A stretch of 53,417 nucleotides of DNA from Methanothrix sp. (GTDB lineage: Archaea; Halobacteriota; Methanosarcinia; Methanotrichales; Methanotrichaceae), in contig JBAXWY010000016.1 of assembly GCA_037128175.1 (NCBI GenBank), positions 1-53,417 on the forward strand, read 5' to 3'. Every line of letters starts with the position of its first letter. The first letter of the stretch is position 1. The position numbers and the translations under genes are program-made. Shown here piece after piece: positions 30,589-39,866 of the stretch. The notes under the pieces are model-generated. The model ran no database searches and had not been told where the DNA came from. It saw only the letters and a program-made list of their open reading frames with translations.

Positions 30589-30843
30589 ATGGTGCACATA
30601 GAGCTTACCAAGGCCCCCTGCAATCAGACCCTGGAAGTCATGACAGTTAGTGATGCCAGTTGGGAGAAGAGATTTGAGTCCATGGGCATAAGGAAAGGAA
30701 GGCACATACGCAAAATTGCCTCTCAGCCTTTTGGCGGGCCGGTAGTAATTGAGGTAAACGGCTCGAAGATATCATTGGGCCGCAATATTGCGGCAAAAAT
30801 CGAGGTGGAGGTACTTGCCCGCCCCCCTCCCGATTTAATCTAG
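30589..30843 (+). CDS. feoA: FeoA family protein
   Basis: RFESMGIRKG...QPFGGPVVIEVNGSKISLGRNIAAKIEVE SH3-like FeoA pattern. Confidence 0.85.
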   Translation: MVHIELTKAPCNQTLEVMTVSDASWEKRFESMGIRKGRHIRKIASQPFGGPVVIEVNGSKISLGRNIAAKIEVEVLARPPPDLI

Positions 30844-31229
30844 GTTGCTATGAGTTGCTTTAGCCTCTGGATGCTCTCCATAGCCTGGGCAGACTCGTGC
30901 AGCTTCTCATCCTCGAAATGCTTTATGATCGCATCAATGCCCGCTTTTAGCGAGTAGACCTTCATTGGTCTGCCTTTGCCTTCGCGCTTGATTTCTTTCT
31001 CTTCTATCCAGCTGTTTTCACGCAGGGTACGCATGGCAATGCTCACTTCCGGCTGCCGCAAGTCGGAGCCCATCTCTATTTCGCGAGATGAAGCTTCATC
31101 CACATTAGCCAGAAAGGTTATGAGCGTTGCAACGTTGCGCGGAACGCTCAGGGATCGAAGCGTTTCGACAAATTCCATGTCCTTGTCATCCAGGATCTTT
31201 ACAGTGGACTCTTTCATAATCGGCACCAT
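30840..31229 (-). CDS. Archaeal winged-HTH transcriptional regulator
   Basis: SREIEMGSDLRQPEVSIAM...GKGRPMKVYSL. Confidence 0.8.
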   Translation of the reverse strand: MVPIMKESTVKILDDKDMEFVETLRSLSVPRNVATLITFLANVDEASSREIEMGSDLRQPEVSIAMRTLRENSWIEEKEIKREGKGRPMKVYSLKAGIDAIIKHFEDEKLHESAQAMESIQRLKQLIAT

Positions 31230-31619
31230 ATTTTTCTTGTCACAAATACGTAATGATATAAATAATTTGTTTTGAAAGGGAATATCTTTAATTTTACTTA
31301 ATTAGACTAATACATTAGATAATAACTTTAAAAGCAAACGGCATTTACATTTAGGTGTCTACCCAGGTAAGAATGCATTGAGTTGAGATTTTATATTTTT
31401 GACAATTTCCAAATGCCCATTAATGGTGTTGCACCGCCAGGGTGATTTTGCCGGAACTTACCCGAGCCAGTATCAGAATGAGATTAAATAATTAATTGAG
31501 AAAGAATAGATATGTATTCGATCGTAATATTATTTATAAGGAAAATTATTATACGGCACAGATAGCTCGCCGCGATTGTCACCTGCAATATATATTCCCT
31601 CGCAGGCTAATGTATCATC

Positions 31620-32183
31620 ATGATATCCATAATGGTCCGCGAGAAGGATCTCAATGAGCTGGCCCGAACCGAAGTTAGAAATCTCCCCGGGGCCCTCTTT
31701 GCCGGGACCAGCCCTCTTCTGCGCCCCTTTATGAAGAAGCTGGAAGCGCTGCTCCCCCAAGAAAACAAAGGACGCGGGGACAGCTACGTGCTCTGTGCGC
31801 TTCGCACTCACATTGACCTGGTGCATGCCGACGAGAGCCAGATTATCGTGAAGAGCGGCGAGTTGGAGGTGATGATTCGTCGCGAAGAGCTGGGCGAATT
31901 GATTGGAGAGAGATACCCCACCACGAGCCACCATCGCCTCAACCTGCCCGGCCTTTTATTCCTGCAAAGCAGCCCCTCTCTCCAGGCAGCCAGCGTCATT
32001 CTGCTGCGCCGGGAGCACAGGTTGCACATTCCGGATGGACCGAGGACCATGCGCTACATCTTCCACATGGGTGTGGCAGCCATTGATGCGGATAAGGAGA
32101 GGATAATCGTTTACTTCGACCCGGAAAGGTTGCCCAAAAGGGCCGACGGCTCCTCGGTACTGGGGCAGAAAATCGAACCGTAA
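31620..32183 (+). CDS. Hypothetical protein
   Basis: 187-aa ORF with genome-typical codon usage downstream of an AT-rich promoter region. Confidence 0.65.
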   Translation: MISIMVREKDLNELARTEVRNLPGALFAGTSPLLRPFMKKLEALLPQENKGRGDSYVLCALRTHIDLVHADESQIIVKSGELEVMIRREELGELIGERYPTTSHHRLNLPGLLFLQSSPSLQAASVILLRREHRLHIPDGPRTMRYIFHMGVAAIDADKERIIVYFDPERLPKRADGSSVLGQKIEP

Positions 32184-32245
32184 TTTCGCGAGGTGCAGGA
32201 AAAGTAAAAGTTAATGTCGAAAGCTATGCCCCAAAAAGTAAATAG

Positions 32246-33421
32246 CTAAATTATCATGCTTTTTAGCCCCCAGAGCAGTTTCGGGTTAAGCCGGAAGAGA
32301 ACGCGCAGCATGCCGGGCAGGTCCATCTTGGTTATGTCCTCCTTGGCCAGAGATCCGAGGAGCTGATTTAGGTCATTATCGGTAAGCTTGACGAAGAACT
32401 CCTTGAACTGGAAGCTCTTAGCTATCGTCTTACCGAAATCGTCTCGCCAACGGTCCTCGTACTCTTGCAGTCCCGTACGGCGGACATTGCCTGCGGCTAT
32501 GGCCTTTGCTGCCACCTCTCCGGCAATGACTCCCGCCCGCATGGCATTGAGAATGCCTCCGCCCGTGAGCGGATCGGTCTGATGAGCCGCATCTCCCACC
32601 AGCATCACACCGTTTGCAATTGCAGAGTCAATGGGCCCGGAACAGGGGTCTCCGCCCACGACCATCTCCACCACTTTGCCATTGGGAAAGCGAGATTTCA
32701 TGAATTGGCGCAGCAGCCGCATAGCTTCGCCGCCCTTGGACCGCGACCCCTGAATCCCGAGGCCAATGTTGGCCAGCTTCTCGCCCTTGGGAAACGACCA
32801 GGCATATCCTGAGGGAGCGATGCTGTTTCCCAAAAAGAACTCGGTGTATTCGTCATCAATGGATGCATCATGCACCAGGAACTGGGCGCAAGATTCGATA
32901 TCTTGCAGCTTCAACGTGGTATCAATGCCCGCCCAGCGTCCCACCTTGGACTCCACTCCGTCCGCACCGATGATCAGGGGCGCCTCGATCTGCAGGGGCT
33001 CGCCGATGCGAAGTGCGGACACTCCAGAAATGACTCCGTCCTTCTTTAGCAGACCCAAAGCCCTGGTCTTAACAAAGATCTTGGCCCCTGCCTGGGCTGC
33101 CTGCATGGCAAGGCCTCGATCAAAGATCTTCCTCTCCAGAACGTAGCCCACCTCGTCGCCGCTCTTGTCCTCGGACATGACAATGCTCGTCCCGTCCGGT
33201 GCATAGATTCTAGCGCCCTTTACCTCGGAAGAAATCCATTCCGGCTCGGGCTTCATCATGCGGCATAAGGCCCTCTTGCTAACGCCCTCCGCACAGCGTA
33301 CAGGATCGCCGATCTCCTGGCGTTTTTCCAGCATGACGACCTTGAGGCCGGCGAGAGCTGCCGTCTTGGCGGCCATTGATCCACCAGGCCCCCCACCTAC
33401 CACGATCAAGTCGCACTTCAT
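32246..33421 (-). CDS. Digeranylgeranylglycerophospholipid reductase (geranylgeranyl reductase)
   Basis: VVGGGPGGS, EIGDPVRCAEG, IGADGVES, PSGYAWSFPKG, VGDAAHQTDPLTGGGI. Confidence 0.9.
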   Translation of the reverse strand: MKCDLIVVGGGPGGSMAAKTAALAGLKVVMLEKRQEIGDPVRCAEGVSKRALCRMMKPEPEWISSEVKGARIYAPDGTSIVMSEDKSGDEVGYVLERKIFDRGLAMQAAQAGAKIFVKTRALGLLKKDGVISGVSALRIGEPLQIEAPLIIGADGVESKVGRWAGIDTTLKLQDIESCAQFLVHDASIDDEYTEFFLGNSIAPSGYAWSFPKGEKLANIGLGIQGSRSKGGEAMRLLRQFMKSRFPNGKVVEMVVGGDPCSGPIDSAIANGVMLVGDAAHQTDPLTGGGILNAMRAGVIAGEVAAKAIAAGNVRRTGLQEYEDRWRDDFGKTIAKSFQFKEFFVKLTDNDLNQLLGSLAKEDITKMDLPGMLRVLFRLNPKLLWGLKSMII

Positions 33422-33588
33422 GCCTTGACCTCCAGAGCTCCAACCGGACATATCTTGGTGCACAGGCTGCACTCCTTACACTCTGCCGAGACCTCGAGCC
33501 AGGTCTCCACCAGCTCCAGGGCACATGTCGGGCATACTCCGACGCAGGCACCGCAGTAGCAGCATTTGTATCTGTTGACGGTAAGCAT
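33418..33588 (-). CDS. 2x[4Fe-4S] ferredoxin, 56 aa (absent from the ORF track)
   Basis: Hand translation MLTVNRYKCCYCGACVGVCPTCALELVETWLEVSAECKECSLCTKICPVGALEVKA*; ATGA overlap with the GGR start. Confidence 0.92.
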   Translation of the reverse strand: MLTVNRYKCCYCGACVGVCPTCALELVETWLEVSAECKECSLCTKICPVGALEVKA

Positions 33589-33599
33589 GAGATCACATC

Positions 33600-33866
33600 C
33601 TATTTTATTTCAAAACCCTCGTACCCTTTGCTTTCCAACTCGGAGAACTCCATCCCCAGGATTATGGCTCCACTGGGTCCGGACTTCATGGCTTTGAGCA
33701 ATTCCCCTACGCTCTTTCTCTCTCCCTCCAGCATAGCCTCCACCCCACCGCCGGGAATGTTTCTCACAAAGCCATTCACCCCCAGAGCCCGGGCCCGCTC
33801 TTGAGTAAAGGCACGATAGAAAACACCCTGCACTCGACCCGAGATACGAACGTGCACCGCGATCAT
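33600..33866 (-). CDS. acyP: Acylphosphatase
   Basis: ISGRVQGVFYR, GFVRNIPGGGVEA. Confidence 0.92.
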   Translation of the reverse strand: MIAVHVRISGRVQGVFYRAFTQERARALGVNGFVRNIPGGGVEAMLEGERKSVGELLKAMKSGPSGAIILGMEFSELESKGYEGFEIK

Positions 33867-34531
33867 TTTCTGGCTCCCGTCACCAGGTCTTCTAAAGCCT
33901 TGCGCTGGTCTTTTGCCTTGATAATTCCGGAAGCGAGCAAGACCCCAACCGATCCCAGTTCTAGAGCGCTTCTCAGATCTTCGCCGTGTGTTATTCCCGC
34001 ACCGCAGAGCACACCTACCTCCGGTGCGATGCGTTTGACGGCATCAACGGACTGTGAAATGATCAGTGGATTGGCCTTGGATACAGGAATGCCGCTGCCG
34101 ATCAGCTCGGGCGGCTCTACCGCCACATAGTCCGGCTCCAGTGCGGCCGAGGCGCGTGTAGTGGCCACGTTGTTGGTACAGACGATCGTCTTTAGGCCAG
34201 CCTGGCGGCAGGCAGAGATGGAGGCCTCAATATCAGCCAGCTTGAGCCTTCGCTCGGAGTGGTTGATGAGAGATCCGACAGCTCCCGCAGCTTTCAAGGA
34301 TGCAGCAGTCACATGGCCCGTAAAGCCGCCATATCCAACCCCGTCTACATGCTGAGCATAGACCGGTATCTTAACGGCTTTTGAGATGATCTGGATATCG
34401 GCTACCTGGGGCACAACCACTATTTGTACTGAATAATCCCTGGAAACGTCCTCGCAGATCTCCGCCAGGCGTAGAGCCTCCGGACCGGTCGATTCACGAT
34501 AGGTCTTGAAGTTGAGCACGATTAAGGTCAT
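33863..34531 (-). CDS. tpiA: Triosephosphate isomerase (archaeal type)
   Basis: LNFKTY, LINHSERR, AVEPPELIGSG, LCGAGI, GVLLASG. Confidence 0.95.
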   Translation of the reverse strand: MTLIVLNFKTYRESTGPEALRLAEICEDVSRDYSVQIVVVPQVADIQIISKAVKIPVYAQHVDGVGYGGFTGHVTAASLKAAGAVGSLINHSERRLKLADIEASISACRQAGLKTIVCTNNVATTRASAALEPDYVAVEPPELIGSGIPVSKANPLIISQSVDAVKRIAPEVGVLCGAGITHGEDLRSALELGSVGVLLASGIIKAKDQRKALEDLVTGARK

Positions 34532-34804
34532 AATCTCCCTCGCAGCACTTGTGTAATCTCAGTTAGCATATATATTTTGGCTGCATTCGGCTAGCACGTC
34601 ATTATAATATTTTTCATAAACTTCATTGTGAAGGCACTCTCCGGTAAAGATCATCCTTATGGCTCCCCGAAAGATAAAAACAATCAACGGGAGCATGCCC
34701 TTTTCCAGATTGTGAATCATATGGTAGAGCAGGCCGGAGGGCTGGGAATAGTCCAATTTTACCAGCTCTAAATCCTTGTGACAAGACAGAAAGCTCTCTA
34801 GAAT

Positions 34805-35353
34805 CTATAGATCATGAATTACCTTAACCCTCAGCTTTGAGAAGTCATCTTTGATCTCAACCAGGAAGCCCATGCCGTCAAAGATCTCCTCCAACTCAAT
34901 GCGCACGAATTTCTTGGGCGCATCCGAGCCGAAGATGAGGGTGAACTCATTCTTGCCGGTCTTGCTCATATTAAAGAGGTTGCAGATCTCAAGTCTTCTC
35001 AAGATGCTCTCCGCATTGAAGAGCTTGTGTTTGAACTGCTCGGCATGAGCCCGGCAGACCTCTTTATGCATATTCCAGAACTTTTCCTTGTCCGGATGAG
35101 TTTCAATGAAGCTTAGAAACATTATCCAGTGATCGATATCCAGGATAACATGCTCGCCTGCTGACAGCATTTCTGCATGGGTGTAAACCTTCTTGTCCTC
35201 GGCGAAGTCAAAAAGCATCTTGTGTTTGCCAAAGAACTTCAGGGACTCTCGCATCAGCTCGCTCTGGGACATGCCCAGGTCTTCCTTCATCTTCTTGGAC
35301 AGGCCGGTCGTCTCTTCATCTAACGCGATGGTAATTCTTTCCGGTGACTTCAT
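34805..35353 (-). CDS. Ribbon-helix-helix (CopG-like) domain regulator
   Basis: PERITIALDEE...MSQSELMRESL N-terminal RHH followed by a conserved-looking C-terminal domain. Confidence 0.7.
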   Translation of the reverse strand: MKSPERITIALDEETTGLSKKMKEDLGMSQSELMRESLKFFGKHKMLFDFAEDKKVYTHAEMLSAGEHVILDIDHWIMFLSFIETHPDKEKFWNMHKEVCRAHAEQFKHKLFNAESILRRLEICNLFNMSKTGKNEFTLIFGSDAPKKFVRIELEEIFDGMGFLVEIKDDFSKLRVKVIHDL

Positions 35354-35704
35354 TTCATCCCCTGCATTTATCTCTACCAATACAGTCCCCCTTATGCTAT
35401 ATTACCTTTATCAAGCATTATCTTTTTATGCTGACGCCGGAATACGTATTCCTAGCACTCTTGCGCCGATGGTGCCATCAATGTAGACCGACATTGTTAA
35501 ATTCAAACGAGAAATAATCCTATATCATGGACTCTTGGATGAAGGATGGAAAAAAGTACAGCGAAAATGACACAAAAAAGCTGGAGAAAGGATCAGGCTA
35601 TGTCAAGGTCTGGACACTGATCAGCAACTGGCTCTACAGGGTAGTATCCTGGTAATCTGAGCCAATACCTGGGGCCGTCAAAAACGCATATATTTATATT
35701 ATCC

Positions 35705-36811
35705 CTATTTTGCGTTTATTATCTCGCTTATCACTGCCGTTCTCGTCTTTAGCTGGTCCATTACTTCGTCTCTGCCTGATCCCGTGGCGAATATGGACAG
35801 GATTGGATAGTCTGCGGCTATTCGCGATCCCTTCCCAGGAACATCTGCCGTCCAGTCTCTGACCAGATCCGCCTCAATGGTCAGATCGCGGGTGGCATAG
35901 ACTATGATTCTGCCTGCGGTGCAACTTGTTTGGGCCGGACGCTCGGGAAGCCTTCCCAAAAAGGATTGCAGATGAGCCTGGAAGACATTGTCTCCGCCGG
36001 ACAGTTCCACAGTATCAAGGCTGCCCTGAAAGCGGCTATTGACCTCGACCACCACGGGACCTTTTTCGGTGAGCAAAAAATCAACTCCATTGCTGCCCAC
36101 GAGCCCCAGCTTCGCTATAATCTCTTCTGCCATCTGCCCTATGCCGCATTGCGGGAGAGCGAGGGGCGTGATGTTCCCGCTGTACCTGAACCCTTTCGCC
36201 CCGGCCCAGGAGAGGCCGATGAGCTGCTCGTTGACGGCAATGGCACGCGCGGCGCGACCATTCCCAATGACCGAGACACTAGCGGGACAGCCAATGATCA
36301 GTTCCTGGGCGATCAGGTCATCCTCTATGCCCTCATGCATGCTTTTTCCCGTGCTCTCATGCATTTTAAGCTCTGAAGGCTTCTCAACTATCCTGCATCC
36401 CACCCCTCCAGCGCCCTTGCGCGGCTTGACCAGGAAGGGAAAACGCAGATTATCCACGACATCGGCAATCTCTGTCTTTATGAAGGGAAAGCCCTGCTCT
36501 TCCAGCCAGCCAGCCAGCCAGAGCTTATCTGAGACCTGAGCTGTTTTTTCAGGCGGGTTATTGAGCACAGGCACTCCTTGAACAGACGCCTCTTCCAGGC
36601 CCGGTCCCAGCACGACGGCATCAGGACGAAACTTTTCCACATAAAACAAAAGAAGCTCTTTTGCCCCGTCGCGCGGCATTTTAGCCGTCTCTTTTGCCCA
36701 TCTGGCCAGATCCACATCGCAGTAACAATCAACCGCGAAGACCTCATGGCCGGCCCGGCTAGCGGAAAAGGCAATGTGTCTGATGTTGATGCCAATTACT
36801 AATATTCTCAT
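35705..36811 (-). CDS. ATP-grasp domain protein (archaeal/C1-cofactor-associated type)
   Basis: VKPRKGAGG, QELIIG, GSNGVDF, EVNSRFQGS. Confidence 0.8.
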   Translation of the reverse strand: MRILVIGINIRHIAFSASRAGHEVFAVDCYCDVDLARWAKETAKMPRDGAKELLLFYVEKFRPDAVVLGPGLEEASVQGVPVLNNPPEKTAQVSDKLWLAGWLEEQGFPFIKTEIADVVDNLRFPFLVKPRKGAGGVGCRIVEKPSELKMHESTGKSMHEGIEDDLIAQELIIGCPASVSVIGNGRAARAIAVNEQLIGLSWAGAKGFRYSGNITPLALPQCGIGQMAEEIIAKLGLVGSNGVDFLLTEKGPVVVEVNSRFQGSLDTVELSGGDNVFQAHLQSFLGRLPERPAQTSCTAGRIIVYATRDLTIEADLVRDWTADVPGKGSRIAADYPILSIFATGSGRDEVMDQLKTRTAVISEIINAK

Positions 36812-37353
36812 AGATTTTCTTTTTCCGGGCAGTATTCCGGATACAATACCTGTTTTCCTCTAGCCGTGGGCACAATCTTAAGACCGTCCTCAAATGCCAG
36901 ATGAAGCTCCCGGCCCATAAAGAGCCGATCCAGGAAGACCGCCAGTGCCGCCACCTCGGAATGGGGCTGGTTGCCCACGGCCACATTCCAGTCCGCCAGA
37001 TCGTACATCTCGGCAGGAACCTTCTCTGCACCCACCGCGACCAGGATGTTCTCACATTCGCGAATCTCGTCGATCACATCGGGCAGGTTGGAGCCGTACA
37101 TGGTGAGGTGAACTACCTTTCCTCCCGCCTCCTTCCAGCGCACCGTCTCTCCCTTCCAGGAGACATCCGGCCGGAGGCGAAAGACTCCACCCCAGCGTTT
37201 CGCCACATCGGCCAGGCTCTCTTCCACGTGAGGGTCGCGCCCAGAGAGGAGCATCTCTTCCGCTCCAAAGGCTCTGGCCACCAGGCCAACGTGGGTGGTG
37301 ATCCTCTTGTCTCTCTCCGGCCGGTGGCCGATGCGTAAAACCACGACTCGCAT
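36808..37353 (-). CDS. trm56: tRNA (cytidine56-2'-O)-methyltransferase
   Basis: LRIGHRPERDKRITTHVGLVARAFGA, HLTMYG, VGAEKVP, NQPHSEVAALA. Confidence 0.93.
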   Translation of the reverse strand: MRVVVLRIGHRPERDKRITTHVGLVARAFGAEEMLLSGRDPHVEESLADVAKRWGGVFRLRPDVSWKGETVRWKEAGGKVVHLTMYGSNLPDVIDEIRECENILVAVGAEKVPAEMYDLADWNVAVGNQPHSEVAALAVFLDRLFMGRELHLAFEDGLKIVPTARGKQVLYPEYCPEKENL

Positions 37354-37457
37354 GCCCCCCTGGAGGAGCGGCATCTTATTTATTGGCTTGCATATCTATG
37401 CGCCGCAACTGGACCCTTGCAAAATAGCTAAATTCCAATGGTGCGTCAATCTCCAGG

Positions 37458-39590
37458 ATGAACCTGTGCGAGATTTGCCTGGGCAAGGGCTACCTGGTGG
37501 TAGGAGAGAAGCCCTGTCCCAACTGCAGTGGCAGCGGAAAGACCGAGTCCATCTCCCTGGGAGAGGCATCGGATAAGGATATGAAGGAGCTTATTGATAG
37601 CGGCTCCACGAAATGCAGCGTCTGCCAAGGCTCGGGCAAGACGCCGGTTACAGAGAGCTGCCCGACCTGCGAGGGCCTGGGGCGCGAGTACCTGTGCGTG
37701 GTGTGCAAGTCCAAGCTCACCAGCAAAAAAGAGCTATGCGAACGCTGTGCCAAAAAGCCGCTCGTGCATATTCTCGATCCTGCTTGTGATGTCAGAGATG
37801 TCGTTGTAGGCGAGATTTATCAGGGAAAGGTCAATGGCCTGGCCAGCTTTGGGGCCTTTGTGGATCTATCCGAGAGCGTGAGGGGCCTCGCCCATAACAA
37901 GTACCTGAAGAGCAAGCCTGAGGTGGGCGACAGCATATTCGTTACGGTGCGAAATATTCTTCCTAACGGCAACATTGAGCTGGAGCCGGCCGAGCTGAAG
38001 GAGTACAACACTTTTGAGGTGGAAAAGGAGCTTCCCATATCTAAGACCTCGGATCTGCAAAAGCTGGTGGGTAAGCAGATCATGATCAAGGGGGAGGTCA
38101 TCCAGGTCAAGCAGACGGGGGGGCCTACCATCTTCACCATCGCGGACGATTGCGGACTGGTCTTTTGTGCCGCCTTTGAGCGGGCCGGTGTGCGGGCCTA
38201 CGCCGATATCGACAACGAGATGATGGTGCGCGTCATTGGCGAGGTAAGCCTGCGCAACAATCAGGTTCAGGTCGAGATCAAGTCCATGAAGCGCCTTTGG
38301 GGTGGAGAGGCATCCACGGTCAAGGACCTGATTGAACTGTCGATTGACAGACGCGCTGAGCCATCCGAGACCGAGTTTCTGGTGAAAAGCGAGATCATGA
38401 CCAGGCTCATGCCGGCCATGAAGCAAGTGGCCAAGGAGATTCGCCGGGCGGTTCTCAAGTCCCAGCCCATCGTTGTCCGCCATCACGCCGATGCCGACGG
38501 CATCACTGCAGCGGTCGCCATTGAGATGGCCATTTTGCCGCTCATCACAGAGGTAGGCGGGCCTGATGCCGAATACCACAACTACCGGCGCGCCCCCAGC
38601 AAAGCGCCCTTTTACGAGCTGGAGGATGTGACCAAGGATCTGACCTACGCTCTGGAGGATCAGACCCGGCACGGCCAGAAGATGCCGCTTATCGTTTTGA
38701 TGGACAACGGCTCCACGGAAGAGGATGTTCCGGCCATGCGCCAGGCTCAGGTCTACGGAATGGATATGCTGGTCGTAGATCACCATCATCCCCACAAGAT
38801 CGTGGACCAGTATCTTATTGCTCATGTCAATCCCGCGCACGCCGGCGGCGACTTCGGGTTGACCACGGGCATGCTGGCCACAGAGATCGCCCGCATGATC
38901 TACCCTGCCGTGGAGAGCAAGATCAAGCACTTCCCGGCGGTTTCAGCCGTGGGTGACCGGAGCGAGGCGCCAGAGGCGGCAGCCTACATAAAGCTGGTCG
39001 AGGACAAGTACAGCCGGGAGGACCTGAAGAAGGTCGCGTTAGCCCTGGATTACGAGGCATTCTGGCAGCGTTTCAATGACGGACGGGGGCTGATAAACGA
39101 CATTTTATGCCTGGGCCGGCTGGACCGCCACCAGAGGATTGTGGAGCTTTTGTGCGAGCAGGCCAATGCCGCCATTGACGAGCAACTGCGGGCCAGCATG
39201 GGCAATGTGAAGAGCACGCGTCTTCCCAATGGCATTATCATGAATGTGCTGGATGTGGAGAACTTCGCCCACAAGTTCACCTTCCCTCCGCCCGGCAAGA
39301 CCAGTGGCGAGGTGCACGACCGGCTCTGCAAGAAGTATGCCGGAAAGCCCGTTGTCACCATTGGCTACGGACCGGACTTTGCCGTGCTGCGCAGCAAAGC
39401 CGTAAAGATGAACATTCCCCAGATGGTCAAAGAGCTGATGGAGGAGATTCCCAATGGCGGCGTCTCCGGCGGAGGGCATCTGGTAGTGGGATCGATCAAG
39501 TTCGTAGGCGGCATGAGAAAAGATGTGCTGGCCAAGCTGGCCGAGAAGATCGCTGCCTGCGGGGTGGACGAGCCTGCAAAGGACGGATAG
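37458..39590 (+). CDS. Archaeal RecJ-like DHH exonuclease with DnaJ-type Zn finger, S1 and OB domains
   Basis: CxxCxGxG repeats, FGAFVDL S1 motif, RHHADADG, DNGS, VDHHH, GGGHLVVGSI. Confidence 0.9.
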   Translation: MNLCEICLGKGYLVVGEKPCPNCSGSGKTESISLGEASDKDMKELIDSGSTKCSVCQGSGKTPVTESCPTCEGLGREYLCVVCKSKLTSKKELCERCAKKPLVHILDPACDVRDVVVGEIYQGKVNGLASFGAFVDLSESVRGLAHNKYLKSKPEVGDSIFVTVRNILPNGNIELEPAELKEYNTFEVEKELPISKTSDLQKLVGKQIMIKGEVIQVKQTGGPTIFTIADDCGLVFCAAFERAGVRAYADIDNEMMVRVIGEVSLRNNQVQVEIKSMKRLWGGEASTVKDLIELSIDRRAEPSETEFLVKSEIMTRLMPAMKQVAKEIRRAVLKSQPIVVRHHADADGITAAVAIEMAILPLITEVGGPDAEYHNYRRAPSKAPFYELEDVTKDLTYALEDQTRHGQKMPLIVLMDNGSTEEDVPAMRQAQVYGMDMLVVDHHHPHKIVDQYLIAHVNPAHAGGDFGLTTGMLATEIARMIYPAVESKIKHFPAVSAVGDRSEAPEAAAYIKLVEDKYSREDLKKVALALDYEAFWQRFNDGRGLINDILCLGRLDRHQRIVELLCEQANAAIDEQLRASMGNVKSTRLPNGIIMNVLDVENFAHKFTFPPPGKTSGEVHDRLCKKYAGKPVVTIGYGPDFAVLRSKAVKMNIPQMVKELMEEIPNGGVSGGGHLVVGSIKFVGGMRKDVLAKLAEKIAACGVDEPAKDG

Positions 39591-39621
39591 ACGGCGGGCC
39601 GGGCCCGGGCGTCTTTTCTTT
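39590..39621 (+). terminator. GC hairpin followed by a T-rich run
   Basis: gacggcgggccgggcccgggcgtc-ttttcttt immediately after the stop codon. Confidence 0.5.
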
Positions 39622-39643
39622 ATCGGCGGTTTTGCAGTGTTTT

Positions 39644-39793
39644 TTAGGATGTTGCCTTTTTCAGGATTTCCTCAACGTCATCAAAATAGCCTGGCTGCTG
39701 TATCTCTTCAAGTTCTTCCGGTGTGAAGAAGTCCTGCATTCTTCGATAGGTAACAATCGAGGCAGATCGCCCATTTATTATTACCTGATCCAT
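39644..39793 (-). CDS. Small hypothetical protein, 49 aa (absent from the ORF track)
   Basis: MDQVIINGRSASIVTYRRMQDFFTPEELEEIQQPGYFDDVEEILKKATS*, preceded by GGGGG. Confidence 0.4.
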   Translation of the reverse strand: MDQVIINGRSASIVTYRRMQDFFTPEELEEIQQPGYFDDVEEILKKATS

Positions 39794-39866
39794 TTATACA
39801 GCCCCCAGTCCACGTCTTCTGCTAATTCTTCTCTCATTCGGACGGCTTGTATGGTTTTGGTGAGAA